Origin: Gammaproteobacteria bacterium
Lineage (GTDB): Bacteria > Pseudomonadota > Gammaproteobacteria > Eutrophobiales > Eutrophobiaceae
Assembly (NCBI GenBank): GCA_963422205.2
Contig: CAXMWX010000009.1
Span: forward strand, 160,001-224,000
Direction: 5' to 3'
DNA length: 64,000 bases
Made by a program: the position numbers and the translations under genes. Under the pieces are notes generated by a model. That model worked only from the letters and a program-made list of their open reading frames with translations, had not been told where the DNA came from and did no database searches. Positions 62,067-64,000 of this stretch are shown one piece after another (within the stretch, counting starts at the first letter, position 1; each line of letters begins with the position of its first letter).

Positions 62067-62758
62067 GCGGTTGCCTCTGTTTGCGAGAGCATGGCGTGAT
62101 GATTTTTTTCTATCACCTGTCGGGCGGTGCTGATATGTCGGCGCATCAGCATCTCGGCAAATTCGCCATCACGCTGCTCGATGGCGGCGAGAATATGACG
62201 ATGCTCATGCAGGGCTGCCTGTGGTCGTTCCGGCGACTGGCTACAGCGGTAGCGGTACATTCGGATAAGGTGGTAGAGCTCGCCGCACAGCAACTCCATC
62301 AAACGCGCATTCCTGCTGCCCTGAATGATGCGGTAATGAATATCAAGATCGCCGCCTTCCTGAAAATAATCGCATCTCCCCGACTGCTTGATGTCCGCCT
62401 CATGCAGGTTCAGCAGGCGATACAGGGCGCTGATCTCCGCTTGGCTCATGTGCACCGCTGCCAGCCTGGCCGCCATGCCCTCCAGCGCCTCACGCACATG
62501 GTAGATTTCAAGCAACTCCTCAGCGCCCAGCGAGACCACCCGCGCGCCCACATGCGGGATACGAACCACCAGGCGCAGGCCCTCCAGCCGCCTGATGGCC
62601 TCCCGCAAAGGGCCGCGGCTGATCTGATAGGCCCTCGCCAGTTCCGGTTCATTGATCTTGCTGCCGGAGGGGATCTGCCCCTTCACTATCGCCTTGATCA
62701 ACTCCTCGCTCAGGCGATCAGCAATGGTCAAGCTGTCTTTAGGATAGAGTGGCTGCAT
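62063..62758 (-). CDS. prpR: GntR/FadR-family regulator of the prp operon
   Basis: w[18 protein letters not shown] and FCD domain; first gene of the prp operon. Confidence 0.9.
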   Translation of the reverse strand: MQPLYPKDSLTIADRLSEELIKAIVKGQIPSGSKINEPELARAYQISRGPLREAIRRLEGLRLVVRIPHVGARVVSLGAEELLEIYHVREALEGMAARLAAVHMSQAEISALYRLLNLHEADIKQSGRCDYFQEGGDLDIHYRIIQGSRNARLMELLCGELYHLIRMYRYRCSQSPERPQAALHEHRHILAAIEQRDGEFAEMLMRRHISTARQVIEKNHHAMLSQTEATA

Positions 62759-62772
62759 GAGTCCGTGCGGTA

Positions 62773-62846
62773 ATTGTCAACAAAACAAGCAGGTAAAGCG
62801 CACAAGTATAGATATTTTGACTTATTTTTCAATGATTGTCGACAAT
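62773..62846. promoter_or_regulatory. Two putative PrpR (GntR) operators
   Basis: Perfect palindrome ATTGTCGACAAT at 62835-62846 and variant ATTGTCAACAAA at 62773-62784, upstream of prpR. Confidence 0.75.
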
Positions 62847-62950
62847 ATGGGAAAGAGACGGGCTGGCAATGCGGCATGACATGGCTGCATTGCATTATGG
62901 CCTGATTGGATTATGCTGGCGGGCGGATATTCAAACCCAAAGAGGCAAAC

Positions 62951-63955
62951 ATGAAGGCAGTTGTGCTGGAAGAGGTGGGCGGGCCGGAGAAATTACGCCT
63001 TAAAGATGTGGCTGACCCTGCACCAGGCGCCGGAGAGGTGCGGGTGGCATTGCAGAACTCTGCGCTTAACCGGCGTGATTACTGGATCACCCTGGGTCAG
63101 TACGCCGACATGCGCCTGCCCTGCATTGCCGGCTCTGACGGGGCCGGCATCGTCGATGCGGTGGGTGCGGGCGTTGATGTGGGTTTGACGGGTAATGAGG
63201 TGGTGGTCTACCCGGCGCGTGCCTGGGGCGATGAGCAGGCGGCATTCGGCCCGGATTTTCGGGTGCTGGGTATGCCCGATCAAGGCACGTTTGCTGAGTA
63301 TATCTGTGTGCCGGCGACCGACATTTATGCCAAGCCTGAGCACCTGAGTTGGCCGCAGGCGGCGGCGGTGCCGCTGGCCGGGTTGACCGCCTGGCGTGCT
63401 GTGGTTACGCAAGGTGAGGTGGCCGCTGGTCATAAGGTGCTGGTGACGGGGGCGGGCAGCGGTGTCTCCACCTTTGCCATGCTCTGGGCGGTCAATCTGG
63501 GCGCCGAGGTGTGGGTGAGCAGCGGCAGTGATGAGAAGATTGAAAAAGCCCGAACGATGGGCGCCGCTGGCGGTGTCAGCTACCGGCAGGCCGAGTTTCA
63601 GAAAACGCTGAAAAAAGCCTCCGGAGGGTTTGATGTAATCATCGACAGTGCGGGCGGGGCGGGCATGAATGCCGTGCTGGATACGCTCAAGCCTGCCGGG
63701 CGGTATGTGTTCTTCGGGGCGACCACGGGCAATCCTCCGGCGGGGCTGGCGCTGGCGAAGTTATTTTTTCGTCATATCCGCATCCAGGGCACCACGATGG
63801 GATCGAATAAGGAGTTCAGCGACATGCTGGATTTCGTCAATGAGAAAAAACTCAAACCCCTGGTCGATCGGGTGTTGCCATTGGATGAGATCATTGCCGC
63901 ACATAACCTTATGGCGGATTTTCAGCAGATGGGCAAGATTGTGTTGCAGCATTAG
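62951..63955 (+). CDS. MDR-superfamily quinone oxidoreductase-like dehydrogenase
   Basis: MKAVV, ALNRRD, GSDGAG, LTAWRA, GAGSGV, GTTMG, GKIVL; GAGG RBS before ATG 62951. Confidence 0.9.
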   Translation: MKAVVLEEVGGPEKLRLKDVADPAPGAGEVRVALQNSALNRRDYWITLGQYADMRLPCIAGSDGAGIVDAVGAGVDVGLTGNEVVVYPARAWGDEQAAFGPDFRVLGMPDQGTFAEYICVPATDIYAKPEHLSWPQAAAVPLAGLTAWRAVVTQGEVAAGHKVLVTGAGSGVSTFAMLWAVNLGAEVWVSSGSDEKIEKARTMGAAGGVSYRQAEFQKTLKKASGGFDVIIDSAGGAGMNAVLDTLKPAGRYVFFGATTGNPPAGLALAKLFFRHIRIQGTTMGSNKEFSDMLDFVNEKKLKPLVDRVLPLDEIIAAHNLMADFQQMGKIVLQH

Positions 63956-64000
63956 GCCATATACTGGATGGCGAATCCGGGCGCTTCAGTATATAGACCT

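Overview
Chromosomal window from a Gammaproteobacterium, inferred from gene content and order. The core backbone is xth, then DUF4426-yggT-proC-yggS, pilT-pilU-pilU2, pyrK-pyrC'-pyrB-pyrR-yqgF-yqgE-tonB-gshB, hemCDXY, prk, msbA, parAB, the complete atp operon, glmU, rraA, nhaA and the prpRBCD methylcitrate operon. A visibly more AT-rich accessory block at about 0.3-16.9 kb holds two things. The first is a 12-gene LysR-controlled catabolic module: DHDPS-family lyase, three-subunit flavin/Fe-S amine dehydrogenase, TonB-dependent receptor, secreted SnoaL, DUF885 and amidohydrolase proteins, an Nramp-fold transporter, a VOC protein and a Rid protein. Its three promoters share one precisely spaced operator. 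The second is a decayed M-R-M restriction-modification locus. Two features are not visible in the ORF track: an intact stand-alone pqqA (24 aa) with its own RBS and terminator, and a fragmented pseudogene of the archaeal-type F420-dependent methylene-H4MPT dehydrogenase (Mtd) just upstream of parA. Several other accessory genes show frameshifts or clean internal deletions while core genes are intact. All family assignments come from motif recognition by eye; no searches were run.
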